Shown in pieces: positions 13,010 to 25,458 of a DNA stretch of 64,000 nucleotides. The stretch is from Amoebophrya sp. A120 (lineage: Eukaryota > Protista > Dinoflagellata), in NCBI GenBank assembly GCA_905178155.1, contig CAJINV010000026.1:328289-392288 (forward strand), written 5' to 3'. A program made the translations under genes and the position numbers. Each line of letters opens with the position of its first letter. The stretch's first letter is position 1. The notes beneath the pieces are model-generated. The model did no database searches, was not told where the DNA came from, and saw only the letters and a program-made list of their open reading frames with translations.

Positions 13010-14035
13010 AAAGAAGAGCCTTCATTTAATTTCATTTCACGGCAATCGTATTTTCTAGGAATCTGCGTTTTGAAGATGAGTAATAGCAATGGCACAGCTG
13101 TTCATTTTGTTATAAAACTATTTAAATAATCTCAAACAGAAGCTCTTTATCCGCAAATCACGAATGCGTGTTTCTCTAGTTTTGTATTTTGAAACCATAA
13201 TCTCAAGCTGCAACTTTGCTTCGACTCTGATAAAACTGAGACATTCTTTTCGGAAGTCCCCACGTATATGAGACGAAGAAGTCGCTCACTTAGCCGACTC
13301 CCCGGCATCCTCAAACTTCCTCCCATCCACCTTGCCGTGGTGCCTCTCGGCCTCACCACTGGCAATATCCGACGCAAAAATAATGCCATGGTCATACATC
13401 CTTATATATTATTTGTACACTCCCGCTTATTCTACGACATGATCCATGCGAGATCCTCTTCATGGCTACAAGAATCGGTCGTTTTTTTTTCACAAAGCAA
13501 CGGGACTTTCACTGACTCGTTCCCAGCCACTCACGATACGAAGTCAGCCGTGCGAGGTGGAAAAGAGCATCTTCGTTACTCAGCAGAAACCAATTTCTGT
13601 GTTCGCGTAGACATGACTTATTGTTGCAGATCATGCCGTAGACCACAACAGTGCTCTGGTATGACCATAAAAAATTTTGTGCAACATAAGCAGTCTTTAC
13701 AGCCCTTTCGCAGCTACGCTGCAGCTGAAAAACCGCGAAATTATCCGCGTATCATAGTCAAACTCCTTCCAGTCCTGGACACATACAAGATCTTGTGTGC
13801 TATATATTTGTAGCATGCGCGAAGTTGAGATAATCGTCAAAGGCCTGCGAAAATATGCTAATCACAATGTCCAAATGACATCGTACACCTTCTGCCTGGG
13901 ACGGAGAAGTCTTTTGGCTATGATACCGGGTTGGTTGATGCGATCAGAGCGTACTTCGCTGATTTCCAGCGCTTGTCGATCTCGCTTTTTACCGGTACCG
14001 ATCCGCTGCTTGCATCCAATCCCCACAGCAGATCG

Positions 14036-14334
14036 CATCCTGTCAAAAAACGTACCCACCCAGTACTCGACATGGGAACTCTGCAACGCAATACAAACTG
14101 TTGAGCAGCCGTGGGAGTTGTGCATAGCACTTTTGGGTCCGCAGTGTAGTGAAGTTTGGCTTCAATGGTCACATTGGTCGTTTCTCAGAATCCGCTTTCT
14201 TATCCTGATTCGCGCATGACAACATCCTTAACAGCACTAATGACATGCACACCTGGGCCTTCTCATCTTCACTTCTGCACATGCCAGATTTACAGAACAA
14301 CTCTAGATGGGTGGGGACGTTTTTGTGCAGGATA
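14036..14334. mobile_element. Introner, family B (direct repeat degraded)
   Basis: ATCCTGTCAAAAAACGTACCCACCC ... GGGTGGGGACGTTTTTGTGCAGGATA. Confidence 0.7.
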
Positions 14335-14355
14335 GGTTCGTCAGATGCGTCACTG

Positions 14356-14622
14356 TATCAACTGCAAAAGTGTCTGGGTCTGGAAGATTCTGAAACCAGA
14401 CTTGTCATGCAAGTTTTGCATAAGCAGTGACGTCTCTGATGCATGCCCTAGCACAAGAGATTTTTTGAGGGCTTCTGGATGCGTATTTCGCATGACAAAT
14501 GCCCTCTTCCCCTAGGAAAAAATACACTCGCTTTGCTGCTCATGCATTACAGATTTTTTCGGAATCCAAATGCAGCATCACAAGTTCCATCCTTCCAGAC
14601 GCAGACACTTTTGCATTTGATA
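14356..14622. mobile_element. Introner, family A
   Basis: TATCAACTGCAAAAGTGTCTGGGTCTGGAAG ... CTTCCAGACGCAGACACTTTTGCATTTGATA; flanks CACTG/CACTG. Confidence 0.9.
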
Positions 14623-15032
14623 CACTGCGGTGTGGAGGGCAGCTGCGTGCGGGAGAAGGCGGGTCCTGGAGAAAAATGCGACCTGTACGAGCATTGGCAT
14701 CTTTTGTTTTCCTGGTTTCCCGGCCCCCAGGAAAAAAAATACCCTCACACTGGTAAATTTGCACCTGCGCGAACAAATCCGGCATGCCCATAAACATAGT
14801 TGTCGCTGTCATGATACCAAGTCCGATTATTACCGATCGGAGTGATAGCTGTGTTCGTGTCGTGCTCAGTGCAGGTAGAACAAGTTTTCGTTTCTGAGAC
14901 CAAAAAATCACAGATGTCAAAGCTGGTAGAGGTCCACGTTAGCACACGATAAATGGAAACTGCCGCTTTAACTGCTCCCGCTGCTGCTCCACGACGATCA
15001 GCTCTGTGGCCAACTGGGTTCTGGCCGCAGCT

Positions 15033-15249
15033 TATCAAAATGAAATCGCCCCCTCTGCATCGTGAAATTTGAAGTGAATGTGTAATCACAGGCGAGTTCG
15101 CAATTGTCATGCGTACTTAGGAGGCCCTTCCTCGCGAAGGCTCCTGAAGTAAGCACTTCAAGTTGCTGCCCATTCCGCTGAAGTTTTATCGTCGTCATGC
15201 ATGGAAGATTTCCTTCAGCGCATGCAGAGGGCGACATTTCATTTTGATA
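15033..15249. mobile_element. Introner, family E
   Basis: TATCAAAATGAAATCGCCCCCTCTGCAT ... ATGCAGAGGGCGACATTTCATTTTGATA; flanks CAGCT/CAGAT. Confidence 0.85.
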
Positions 15250-15545
15250 CAGATTTATCGTGTTCTAAAAATTTTTTCACAACGACACTTTCCTCTATCG
15301 TACAGAAAAATGCACTCGTGCTTATCTCGAGATTGCACAGCGAAACTTAAAAACTCGGATGTTTAGCGAAGATGAATCCTACAGCACTATCATAGGCGTA
15401 AATAAGAAGTCAGTGAGGAATGTTCTGCTCACGCATTCTCGTTTCATGCAACGTAAAACCCGAAAGCAGATAACTGGTCAATCAATTGAAGTAGATATTA
15501 GAGTGCGTTTTTCATTCGATATGGAACTCTTTTAGATCCTCATGC

Positions 15546-15850
15546 TATGCATTGCAAATATTTCCTGGAGTCTGCAACAGTGGGATGGATGCCTGTTGGC
15601 TGGTGTGGTTGTACTTAGTACCCTCTGGCATGTGGTTGGTACGATCATACTTGTGATTGGCTTCTTGTGGTTGGTACGATCATACTTAACGCGACCTGTC
15701 ATCATAATGTACGTGGATCCCGCAAGACAAAATGACAAAAACCAATATCAGACTTGGCTGTGCAGTGTAGTCTACAAGACTGTTCATCGTCCACGACGAT
15801 CTCGTATGATCACTTTGTTGCAAACCCAGGGATAATATTTGCAGTGCGTA
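15546..15850. mobile_element. Degenerate introner related to 27548-27797
   Basis: TATGCATTGCAAATATT ... AATATTTGCAGTGCGTA; no clear direct repeat; internal 22-bp duplication TGTGGTTGGTACGATCATACTT. Confidence 0.6.
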
Positions 15851-16421
15851 AACGGAGAGTCTGCACGTCGTTCTCTACGGTCGTCACACGCTCCCCTTGT
15901 TTCTTCAGCTCGGATTTTTGTTCCTGCAGCTCGGATTTGGTGTTCCCGTGCTCCGTGTATCAAATTGAAAAACTTCGCCTTCATGCCACTTGCAACATCT
16001 TAATGCAAGTCCAGCTTTGGACGCGATAAAAGTAAGTGTTCCCCGCGCATCTAGTCTCTACTTGTTTTCTATGATGCAAAGTCGTTTTGCGACACATCTC
16101 ACCTAAAAACGATACTCCATACACGCACTGTTCTCATCGAAACCAGGAGGGGTGTATATAAAAAAACCACGAGTTGTTCCTTCTTAGTTGCATCACACAG
16201 GCAGCATGATAATTATACAATTTTTCATTTGATAGCCCTTCCAGGGTGCCTACCCGGTTCTCGAGACACACGATCTTGCTTCTCATGTCCTTGAGTAAGG
16301 CTTGCATTTCCATCTCCGGAGCCCCAGAAACCTGCAGAAGATGTGGAAATTTTCTCTCCTGAGAGAAGTCGCATGCGAGTGTGGTCATGCCGGATATCAC
16401 ATGCAACGTTGACGCCCAGTT

Positions 16422-19054
16422 CTACTCATAGATTCTGCATGTGCAACAAATCATCTTGTGAATAGATACCTCTTCGTGTGGAACGGGCATCGACGACGTG
16501 GTTGAGCTTCGTCTGCTAGAGGTGAAGGTCGGGGCCGGCCCGATCGCAGTACTGTCCGTTTCTGGTTCCGCCGTTGCAGATTTTGGCCCCTGGTGGAAGG
16601 TCGGTGCCGCGAACTGCATCTGCGATCTGGGCGCGTCCAGCAGGTTGTGCAACATTTCTTTCGAGAGCCCACCGTGTCCACTTTTCGTTGTGGTCTGATC
16701 ATCCGCCGGTGCCCACAAAAGCTCCGTCACATCGGATTTCAGCAACGGTTCCACCTCCCCTTGACGGTCCAAAATCCGCCTTGGATGCTGCGGCTCGGGT
16801 AGAAACGTAACCTGGAGTTCGTTTATAATTTTTTTTCATGCCATTTTTTCTGTGCTGCAGCGCGGATCTGAAGCTGGATCCGAAAACCATATTCTGTCGA
16901 GGAAAGACTGCGTGCTGCTTGAGAAAATGAAATGCTGTTTTTCAAACCATTATCCCCGAAGGTGACCTCGAGAGAATTCAATAGTACGTGTTCGTTCGCC
17001 ACCGGTCCCAAACACTCATGCACAGTCGGGGGCAGTTCCAGTTGCAGTTCACCGCTCGGGGCACCAAATTTTGAGCCATCGTTCCGGAAGGCACGCACCT
17101 GCAAACCGTTAGGAAGGAGGCTTCGGTGGAAATTCATGCAGGTTGTTTTAACGAAAAAGGAAGATGGAAACTTCAGCAGAGTTGTATTGCACCATGAGCT
17201 ACAACAAGATAGTAGCTCACCTCGTTGCCCGACGACGTGTGCGCGTGTGGCTGCTCCGTTTGCGTTTTTCTACTAGGCGCAACCAGTTTGCTGTTCGATT
17301 TCCTGTTCGAGGGACCACCAGCAGCGGACGGTGGCGGTGTGGCTCCGGCGGTACGACCAGGTACCTATTTCAAAAGTTGTTCGTAAATGAAGCTACTTTC
17401 CCGGGACAAATTTCGGAGGTTGCAAATGCATTATGCACGACATTCCGAGCTTCTAGCTACACTGCAAGCAAAATGCTCATCGACACAGAAGAAGCCCTTC
17501 GGGAGATCTCTCATGCTCGCAACCAATGCTCCGGAGAAGCCGTACCTGGCCCGGGTGGCTCAACGTTGCAGGCCTCTCCGCAACTGGTTGGACTAATCCT
17601 CCATGGCTTCCCCCTCCTTCTGCAAAGACGTGCGAAGAAGACGCCGTGGCAGGTTCCTGGAAGATGTTGAAGAAAATACTATAATTGAGACGTTAGGGTT
17701 CCTGCATGTGTACTTCTTTGTGCATGATCTGCGCTACCAGGACTACCTGGAGCGACTGTCTCCTTGAAGCATAATGAAAAAAATACCGGCCCCGTAGCCA
17801 AGCCAGGATCCTTTTGCTGCACATGCTTGGCCTTCAGCTGCAAGCACACGTCACTGCGGTTGCTGCTCGCCGTTTTGATACAGATTTTGCCGTCAAAATT
17901 TGCTAAATCCCGGACTTATCCAGTGCAAATATCTCGGTGTCTGGAAGGGAGCAAAGTTTGTCATGCATTTCGTGGGCCGCCACAAAGATAGTATGGAATG
18001 CAACACAAAGCATTACAGAAGGCACAAGAGCTGCTTAAATGCCTAGTCCCCATGAAAAATTTTTCTTTTGTGTGACAAGAAGCAGCTCACTTTTGTGGCT
18101 CATGCAACCCAGAGTTTTGCACGATTCAGATTTAGCATGACAAGTTTGGAGCCTTCCAGACCCAGGCATATTTGCACCTGATAGGATGGCGAAGCGGGAC
18201 ACGTGTGTCACCTTGTAGTTGGATGTGGTCGTGTGATGAAATCAGCGATACATTGCAAATATGTCTGGGTATGGAAGATTGCAAGCAAATAAGACTCTGG
18301 TGCTTGTCTGGCACGCCCGTGCGGATTCTTGTCATGCATGTTACGAGGCCTCAGCCTCACGCCAACTCGTTTGCGTTGCAAAGATGCGGCAGAGACACCA
18401 CCGCGGTCCCCAACAACGTGTCATGCCTGGGTACCTATTGTGGTGCGTTCGGCGTTCTTCATGGGTTAGCATGACAATTTTCAAAGCCCAGACACATTTG
18501 TCGTGCATACAAGCAGTACTCGATGACGACTTCCAAGACGTCATGGGCAAGCGATTCGAAGTATTGGGAGGAAAAATCGCCGTTCCCCAGTTTCAAGAGC
18601 AAATTTGTGATGCGCAATCCGTGTAGCCAAAAACTTATCGACAGACTTGAATTGCTAGAAGGCCAAGAGACGCACTTGTGGCCTCAATCGCAGGCAATTT
18701 GTCATGCTATTCTCAGCAGCCCAGCTCTATCCTGTCATGCTCCTGAGGACAAGAGGCTATCCAGTGCCAGCCAAGACCACAATCCGCACCTCTTCCGTTC
18801 TGGCACGACAAGCTGATTTTTGATCACAAATCACCCTACACAAATCTCCTTTTGAATGCGGGGAGGGAAGTTTTGCATTTTGATACGCAGCTCAGGAAAC
18901 AGCTTAGGTCTGGTCGACCGGGGTCACTTGCCGCTACTCCCGCCGAACCACACGCCCCAGTCCGCTCTGACGCCACCCCGCCGGGGATGATGCGCAGTTT
19001 GGCTCGGGAAGCCCTCGTGATCATTGGGCTGGTGGGGTGGACTTTGCTATGCAC
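16422..19054 (-). CDS. Hypothetical multi-exon protein (limits uncertain, probably extends across ~13-20 kb)
   Basis: Removing three introners gives the open frame ...SCFLSCESLAHDVLEVVIEYCLFHHTTTSNYKVTHVSRFAIRDLANFDGKICIKTASS...; further protein-like minus ORFs at 16823-17137 and 16422-16772. Confidence 0.5.
17917..18183. mobile_element. Introner, family A (older)
   Basis: TATCCAGTGCAAATATCTCGGTGTCTGGAAGG ... CCTTCCAGACCCAGGCATATTTGCACCTGATA; flanks GGACT/GGATG. Confidence 0.8.
18247..18509. mobile_element. Introner, family A (older)
   Basis: CATTGCAAATATGTCTGGGTATGGAA ... TTCAAAGCCCAGACACATTTGTCGTGCATA; flanks TCAGC/CAAGC; removal keeps the frame. Confidence 0.7.
18562..18885. mobile_element. 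Introner, family E
   Basis: TATTGGGAGGAAAAATCGCCGTTCCCC ... GGGGAGGGAAGTTTTGCATTTTGATA; flanks CGAAG/CGCAG; inverted homologue of 32615 and 35771 copies. Confidence 0.75.
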
Positions 19055-20559
19055 GGAAAATCTGTGGCTAGTGTCGGGGAAGGAACTGTTGTTTGGATTG
19101 CTCTTTCATCGGGAGGAGAGAGAAGGCACGACACAGTTCTTGATCGCATGACAAGGCTCATTTGTTTCGTTCTGCACAGCAAAAGGTATCAGTGTCCGAT
19201 GCTCTATCAGTACGACACCAAACATCAACCTAGGATGTTTCTTCGCAATGCTCCTGTCTACCGAGTCAACGTCTATTTGTTCCAGAAGCTGATCGTTGTG
19301 CTAATGTGTCCACTGGTGTGCAGACCGAAATATGAAGACCAGCAAGACAAACTCCGGCGTTTCCCTGACACAGGCGTTGTTTTCCGGCGTACTTTTCCAG
19401 GCCCGAGAGGTGTAGTTGCAGTCCGGGTCCATTCGCGTCTTGGCCACCGATGGACGGGTCATTGCAACGAGTTCGAATCTGGCCTGCCGGAACCTTCGAG
19501 CGGAACATTTTTGTGGTTGTGAAATATTTTTATGCTCAAACGATTCTTCACAATGAAGATGGATGAGTTGCCATTCGCTGTCACCTTCAGCCAACAAAGT
19601 CGTTTGGTCACACGAAAAAAAAAATCGTAAGCGTACCTGACTTTTTCCTCGATCGCTCCCAAAAGCGGCGCTAACCGGACTGGTTTTATGCAGCACGCGC
19701 GCTGGCGGGGCTGCACTGTGACGAGTCGTCCGCCGTATGACTTGAAGAAAAAACCATGTTTATCGCGCTCCTATTTTCATATACTTTTGTTTGAGTTGGC
19801 ATGATTTCTTGCTACGCATCACAAATTTGCATCACATGATCAACTATACGGCGCATCTCCAGTGGCTGCATTTGAGACACGCCGACTATTCTTGGCACGA
19901 CCGCGATAAAGATTTTGTTTTCACTTCCGATAACTTGCGAGATTACGTACGGGAGGTTGCCGTCGTTTGTGTGTGTGGTGGTCGTGTTGCTTCCGGGGGT
20001 GCCACGACCATGCACGGCAGAGGCCTGCAGCCCTGGTCCCCGATGCCTCAACAACCCACGGCCTGCTAGTCGTACGGGGGGCGGGTCCATCTTCACCCAC
20101 GAACGTTTTCTTTTTCTTTTTTTGAGTTGATTCGTCTATTACGTGGTAATTACAGTACGGAGATCATCATAGATGAATTATGAATGGTAAGAGTGCGCAT
20201 CTGTTAGTAAGAGGTGGAGCTAGCACGCGCATCAGTGACGAGCTGCCGTGTGACAGCATTCGAGCAAGCAACACAAAGTTCCGATGTTCTGCTAGAGCAT
20301 AAAGCGTTTCTCTCGTCCAGTATGAGGCACTACACCTGGAAGTGCGTATCTTCTCTCAGTGCTACCCTCGTTGCCTGACGCTCTGCTCTCGTGCGTCAAT
20401 CGACAAAAACGCATTTACGTATAAACCCGTACTCGATGGATAATGTATCGGGAACAAAGTAAAAATGGCGCAAATAAACAGTCTGCGCAGCCGCGTTGCG
20501 AAGGGGTAGCGACTTTTTTTAGACTTAATGCGAGCTCGTCTACGAGGTAAGTTACCCAG

Positions 20560-22075
20560 ACGGAGTAGTAGTTCTGCGTGTTGCATGTGGTACACATTAT
20601 CCTGGGTCGTTCTTCATAGTCCGCCCCGGGAGAGAAAGAAATCTTCTGGGGAAGTTACTTGCTCTGACTGGTTCCCGCTATCTTTCGTCTGGTACGCATT
20701 TTCTTCAAGGTTTCTGCGTATTCCGCTCCTGGTAAATGTTGCGGCTGCCGGGGAAATTACTTGCAGCTACTGCTTCTGCGTGTTGCAAGTGGTGCACATT
20801 ATCCCGAGCTTTTTCTCGTAGTCTGCTCCGGAGAAGATCAAAACGCTCCGGGGAAGTTGCTTGATCTCGCTGCCCGCCAGTATCTGCTGCTGGTACGCAT
20901 TTTCTTCAAGGTTTTTGCGTAGTCCGCGCCTGGTAAATGTTGCAGCTTCCGGGGAAATTACTCGTAGCTACTGCTTCGGCATGTTGCAAGTGGTGCGCAT
21001 TATCCTGGAATTTTTTCCGCAGTCCGCCCCGGGAGAGAAAGAAATCTTCTGGGGAAGTTACTTGCTCTGACTGCTTCCCGCTATCTTCTTCTGGTACGCA
21101 TTTTCTTCAAGGTTTTTGCGTATTCCGCTCCTGGTGAAAGTTGCAGCTGCCGGGGAAATTACTCGTAGCTACTGCTTCTGCATGTTGCAAGCGGTACGCA
21201 TTATCCTGGTTCTTTCTTCGTAGTCCGCCCCGGGAGAAAAAGAAATCTTCTGGGCTAGTTACTTGCTCTGACTGCTTCCCGCTATCTTCTTCCGGTACGC
21301 ATTTTCTGCCAGGTTTTTGCGTACTCCGCTCCTGGTAAAAGTTGCAGCTGCCGGGGAAATTACTCGGCGCTGCTGCTTCTGCATGTTGCAAGCGGTACGC
21401 ATTATCCTGGCTCTTTCTTCGTAGTCCGCCCCGGGAGAAGAAGAAATCTTCTGGGCTAATTACTTGCTCTGACTGCTTCCCGCTATCTTCTTCCGGTACG
21501 CATTTTCTGCCAGGTTTTTGCGTACTCCGCTCCTGGTAAAAGTTGCAGCTGCCGGGGAAATTCCTCGGCGCTGCTGCTTCTGCATGTTGCAAGCGGTACG
21601 CATTATCCTGGCTCTTTCTTCGTAGTCCGCCCCGGGAGAAGAAGAAATCTTCTGGGCTAATTACTTGCTCTGACTGCTTCCCGCTATCTTCTTCTGGTAC
21701 GCATTTTCTTCAAGGTTTTTGCGTATTCCGCTCCTGGAAAAAGTTGCAGCTGCCGGGGAAATTGCTCGTAGCTACTGCTTCTGCATGTTGCAAGCGGTAC
21801 GCATTATCTTGGATCTTTTTTCGCAGTCCGCCACGGGAGAGAGTAAAATCTTCTGGGGAAGTTACTTGCTCTCGCTACTTACCGGCATCTTCTGCTGGTA
21901 CGCATTTTCTTCAAAGCTTTTGCGTAGTCCGCTCCTGGTAGATGTTACAGCTTCCGGGGAAATTGCTCGCAGCTACTGCTTCTGCATGTTGCAAGCGGCA
22001 CGCATTGTCCTGAGTTTTTTTTCGCAGTTCGCCCCGGGAGAGAACAAAACCTTCTGGGAAAATTACTTGCTCTCA
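20560..22075. repeat. Tandem array, 201-bp unit (~7.5 copies)
   Basis: Near-identical repeat ORFs start at 21141, 21342 and 21543 (period 201). Confidence 0.95.
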
Positions 22076-22189
22076 CTGAGTGTTCATATCAGACACGAGT
22101 GTTCACATCAGACACGAATGCTTTGGAATCACGACCGAAATCTGTTGAAGCCAAAATCTGTCTTGCGCAGGAATGCGGGCTTTGATCTT

Positions 22190-23330
22190 TGGATCCATCT
22201 GTCCCCTTGAAGTCATTTTTGCCAGGAGCTCAATCCGCAAAGAGGTACGATTTAAATAGTGAGCGGCTTCCCCCCCTGCAATCATCTGTCCCTTTGACAT
22301 CTTTTTTTGCAGGGGCGGAAGCTGCGAACAAGCACAATTTAAATACACTGCGGGCTTTGGTCTTTGGCTCCATCTGTCCCCTTGAAGTCACTTTTGCCTG
22401 GAGCTGAATCTGTAAAAAAAGCAGGATTTAAATACCCAGTAGCTTTCCCCCCCCATGCAGTCATCTGTCCCCTTGACGTCATTTTTTGCAGGGGCGGAAT
22501 CTGCAAAAAAACACAATCTAAATACTCTGCGTGCATTGATCTTTGGCCCCATCTGTCCCCTTGAAGTCACTTTTGCCTGGAGCGGAATACGCGAAAAACC
22601 TCATTTTAAATATTTCGCAGTCTTGGCTTTTCCGTGCCATCTGTCCCCAAGATGTCACTTTTACCAGGAGCGAGATACGCAAAAAGCCTCATTGTAAATA
22701 TTCTGCAGTCTTGGCTTTTCCGTGCCATCTGTCCCCAAGATGTCATTTTTACCAGGAGCGGAATACGCAAAAAGCCTCATTGTAAATATTCTGCAGTCTT
22801 GGCTTTTCCGTGCCATCTGTCCCCAAGATGTCATTTTTACTAGGAGCGTTATACGCAAAAAGCCTCATTGTAAATATTTTGCAGTCTTGGCTTTTCCGTG
22901 CCATCTGTCCCCAAAATGTCATTTTTACCAGGAGCGGAATACGCAAAAAACCTCATTTTAAATATTTTGCAGTCTTGGCTTTTCCGTGCCATCTGTCCCC
23001 AAGATGTCACTTTTACCAGGAGCGATATACGCAAAAAGCCTCACTCTAAATATTTTGCAGATTTGGCTCTTCCGTGCCATCTGTCCCCAAGATGTCACTT
23101 TTACCAGGGGCGGAATACGCGAAAAGCCTCATATTAAATATTTTGCAGTCTTGGCTTTTCCGTGCCATCTGTCCCCAAGATGTCACTTTTACCTGGAGCG
23201 AAATACGCAAAAAGCCTCATTTTAAATATTTTGCAGTCTTGGCTTTTCCGTGCCATCTGTCCCCAAGATGTCACTTTTACCAGGGGCGGAATACGCAAAA
23301 AAACTCATTTTAAATATTTTGCAGTCTTAG
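22190..23330. repeat. Tandem array, ~88-bp unit (~13 copies)
   Basis: CCATCTGTCCCCAAGATGTCACTTTTACCAGGAGCGGAATACGC repeats every 88 bp (repeat ORFs at 22634, 22722, 22810...). Confidence 0.95.
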
Positions 23331-24357
23331 CTGAAAAGCCGAAAGATTTTTGCAATACCTTTCGCGCATAGTATCTGTCTCTCGCGGTAAAAAATCAATG
23401 CCAATTTTCGTGTAGCATTACAAACTCAAACTTTTCCAGACCCACCAGGGATCGTTACAATGCGCAGTGGCTTGATTTGATCATTCAGTCTGCCTCACAT
23501 CTAAGCGTAAGCATCTACAAATGCATGAACAGCTCCGGTCGAAAGAGTCATGAGAGCGCTACTGCCGGAAAACTCCTGAGAATGAAGAACAGAGACGCTG
23601 TAATTCCTCCGGCTCTTCCACTGAAGTCGAGACCCACGAAATTGAAGAGGTTTACGACGCGGACGGGAACCTGGTCTCCCGGAAATCCCGAACGAAAAAC
23701 AGTCTGGATGTATCCTGAGCAGAAACGCCCTCTCTCATAGTCAAGATGGGGAATCTGCTAGACAAATCAGCCAGCTTTGGGCGTTGCGCATGACACGTTT
23801 GGCCTCGTAGTGTAATCCTGTTGAGCTACTTCAGTAGCGTCACAGATGCAGCCTATTATTGGAGCATCACAAATTCCAAAACGCGACCAGAAATTGCTTG
23901 TCATGGGACTATGCATGAGAAACATTTTCAGCATGCAGATTTGCATGACAGCCATGGGGAGGTGAGGACGTTTTTAAATAGGATAGGATGACCGGAAGGG
24001 CAGAGTGAAATACGGCATTTACAAGGAGCTCACTTCCAAGCTGGTGATGTCTCCCTGGGTATAGCCCGCTCAGGTGTTACAATCTCAAACGTTACAATAG
24101 AATATGGAAATCTGTGATGCAAGAGTGCATGATCTAGCCAATTCTCATAGGATTGCGCATGACAGGTCCCGGAGCACCAAACCCCACTACAATCTGGACA
24201 GCAGCATCACAAAGACGCCTGCTCATCCTGTTTACAGCATTACAAAGCTTCCCGGAACACGGCTACAAATTGCTCTCCTGCGGATGTGCATTACAGATTT
24301 TTCTGTAGATGCAAATCTGCATGACAGCTATGGGGTGGGGATGTTTTCAAATAGGAT

Positions 24358-24817
24358 AGAAGACTCGAGCGACGAGACGGAGAAAAACGAGGAGAGCGGA
24401 GTTGGCGCTTCTGGAGAATACGACGAAGAGTACGACGCAAATGAAGATAATGTATCAAATGCAAAAATTTCTGGGTCTGGGAGACTCCGAGATTTGTCAT
24501 GCAGTTTTTCCAAGCTCCCCCACGTCTGGAATGCAGGGCCTAGCGTCACAGGTTCTGCAACTCCTTGGTGATGCGTATTCTGCATGAGAAATGCCCTCTA
24601 AGCATGGCCAGAAGTGGGCACCTTTTGCACGTTTATGCATCACAGATCTTTGTAGGATCCGCAACACGCATCACAAGTTCGGATCCTTCCAGACCCAGAC
24701 ATTTTTGCATTTGATATAACGGGGAGGAATACAACGATGAGGAGGGATACGGTGCCTCGGACGCGGGCTACAGTGCCGGGGGATACGGACAATCCGATGG
24801 GCAGATGTCGGAGTACG
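24358..24817 (+). pseudogene. Plus-strand acidic/Gly-Tyr-rich gene fragment with introners
   Basis: Removing 24453-24716 gives EEYDANEDNGEEYNDEEGYGASDAGYSAGGYGQSDGQMSEY; the next introner (from 24818) is truncated. Confidence 0.55.
24453..24716. mobile_element. Introner, family A
   Basis: TATCAAATGCAAAAATTTCTGGGTCTGG ... CCAGACCCAGACATTTTTGCATTTGATA; flanks TAATG/TAACG. Confidence 0.9.
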
Positions 24818-24921
24818 TATCCCACGAAAAAACTGTTTCACTGTGACGATTTTGCAAGATCTGCACCACAAGTTTGTTACACATGACAAAGACAACTTGG
24901 CATGCGTGCTTCCTAAGGGAA
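24818..24921. mobile_element. Truncated introner, family C (left half only)
   Basis: Aligns to the 36713 copy from TATCCCACGAAAAAACTG up to TTCCTAAGGGAA, then stops. Confidence 0.8.
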
Positions 24922-25458
24922 TGAAGAAAAAGCGGAAAACTCCTGAGAATGAAGAACAGAGACGCTCGCGTTCCTCTTGATACGTGTTTCAGGACGTCGG
25001 GCTCGTCAGTGCCAATACGTCCTGCTTCTAGACGTCGGCAGAGTTTTTTTTTCGTTTTCCTTTTTTTTTTGTGTGAGAAAAAAACTCCAGTCGTGTCCCA
25101 AGGAACTACTTGATATATAATCCGGAGGCGTCGCATGCTTCAGTCGTCCGTGCAACGTATTTACAGCACCAAGAAGCAAAAGCAAGAACAAGTAGCGGCT
25201 GTATATAATTTTCCTCGTACAAAGGGAAAGGCTAAGTGAAAATAAAGGCACATGGCATTAAACGTCGTAAGGGTCGTGAGGAAGCGAAAAATGCGATTAT
25301 AAGAACCGTTCCACTATAATCGGTTTCGATACGGTTTGTTTCTGTCGCTTTGTGTCGCTGCGGCTATCCAAGTTTAGGATTAGGTCTACTAGTGTACCAC
25401 GAGAAATAAAACTTGAGTACTCGCATGGTTCGTACTTTCATCCCGCGAACTCTTTTTC

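Noticed and set aside
15958-16234. Additional introner TATCAAATTGAAAAA...TTTTTCATTTGATA
   Set aside because: A short TIR is present, but the flanks (CCGTG/GCCCT) do not match and I did not verify frame restoration; left unlisted.
22190-23330. Regular 88-bp repeats resembling a CRISPR array
   Set aside because: The whole unit repeats with no unique spacers, there are no cas genes, and the context is eukaryotic.
20937-23371. Series of near-identical 65-79 aa ORFs
   Set aside because: These are translations of the tandem repeat units.
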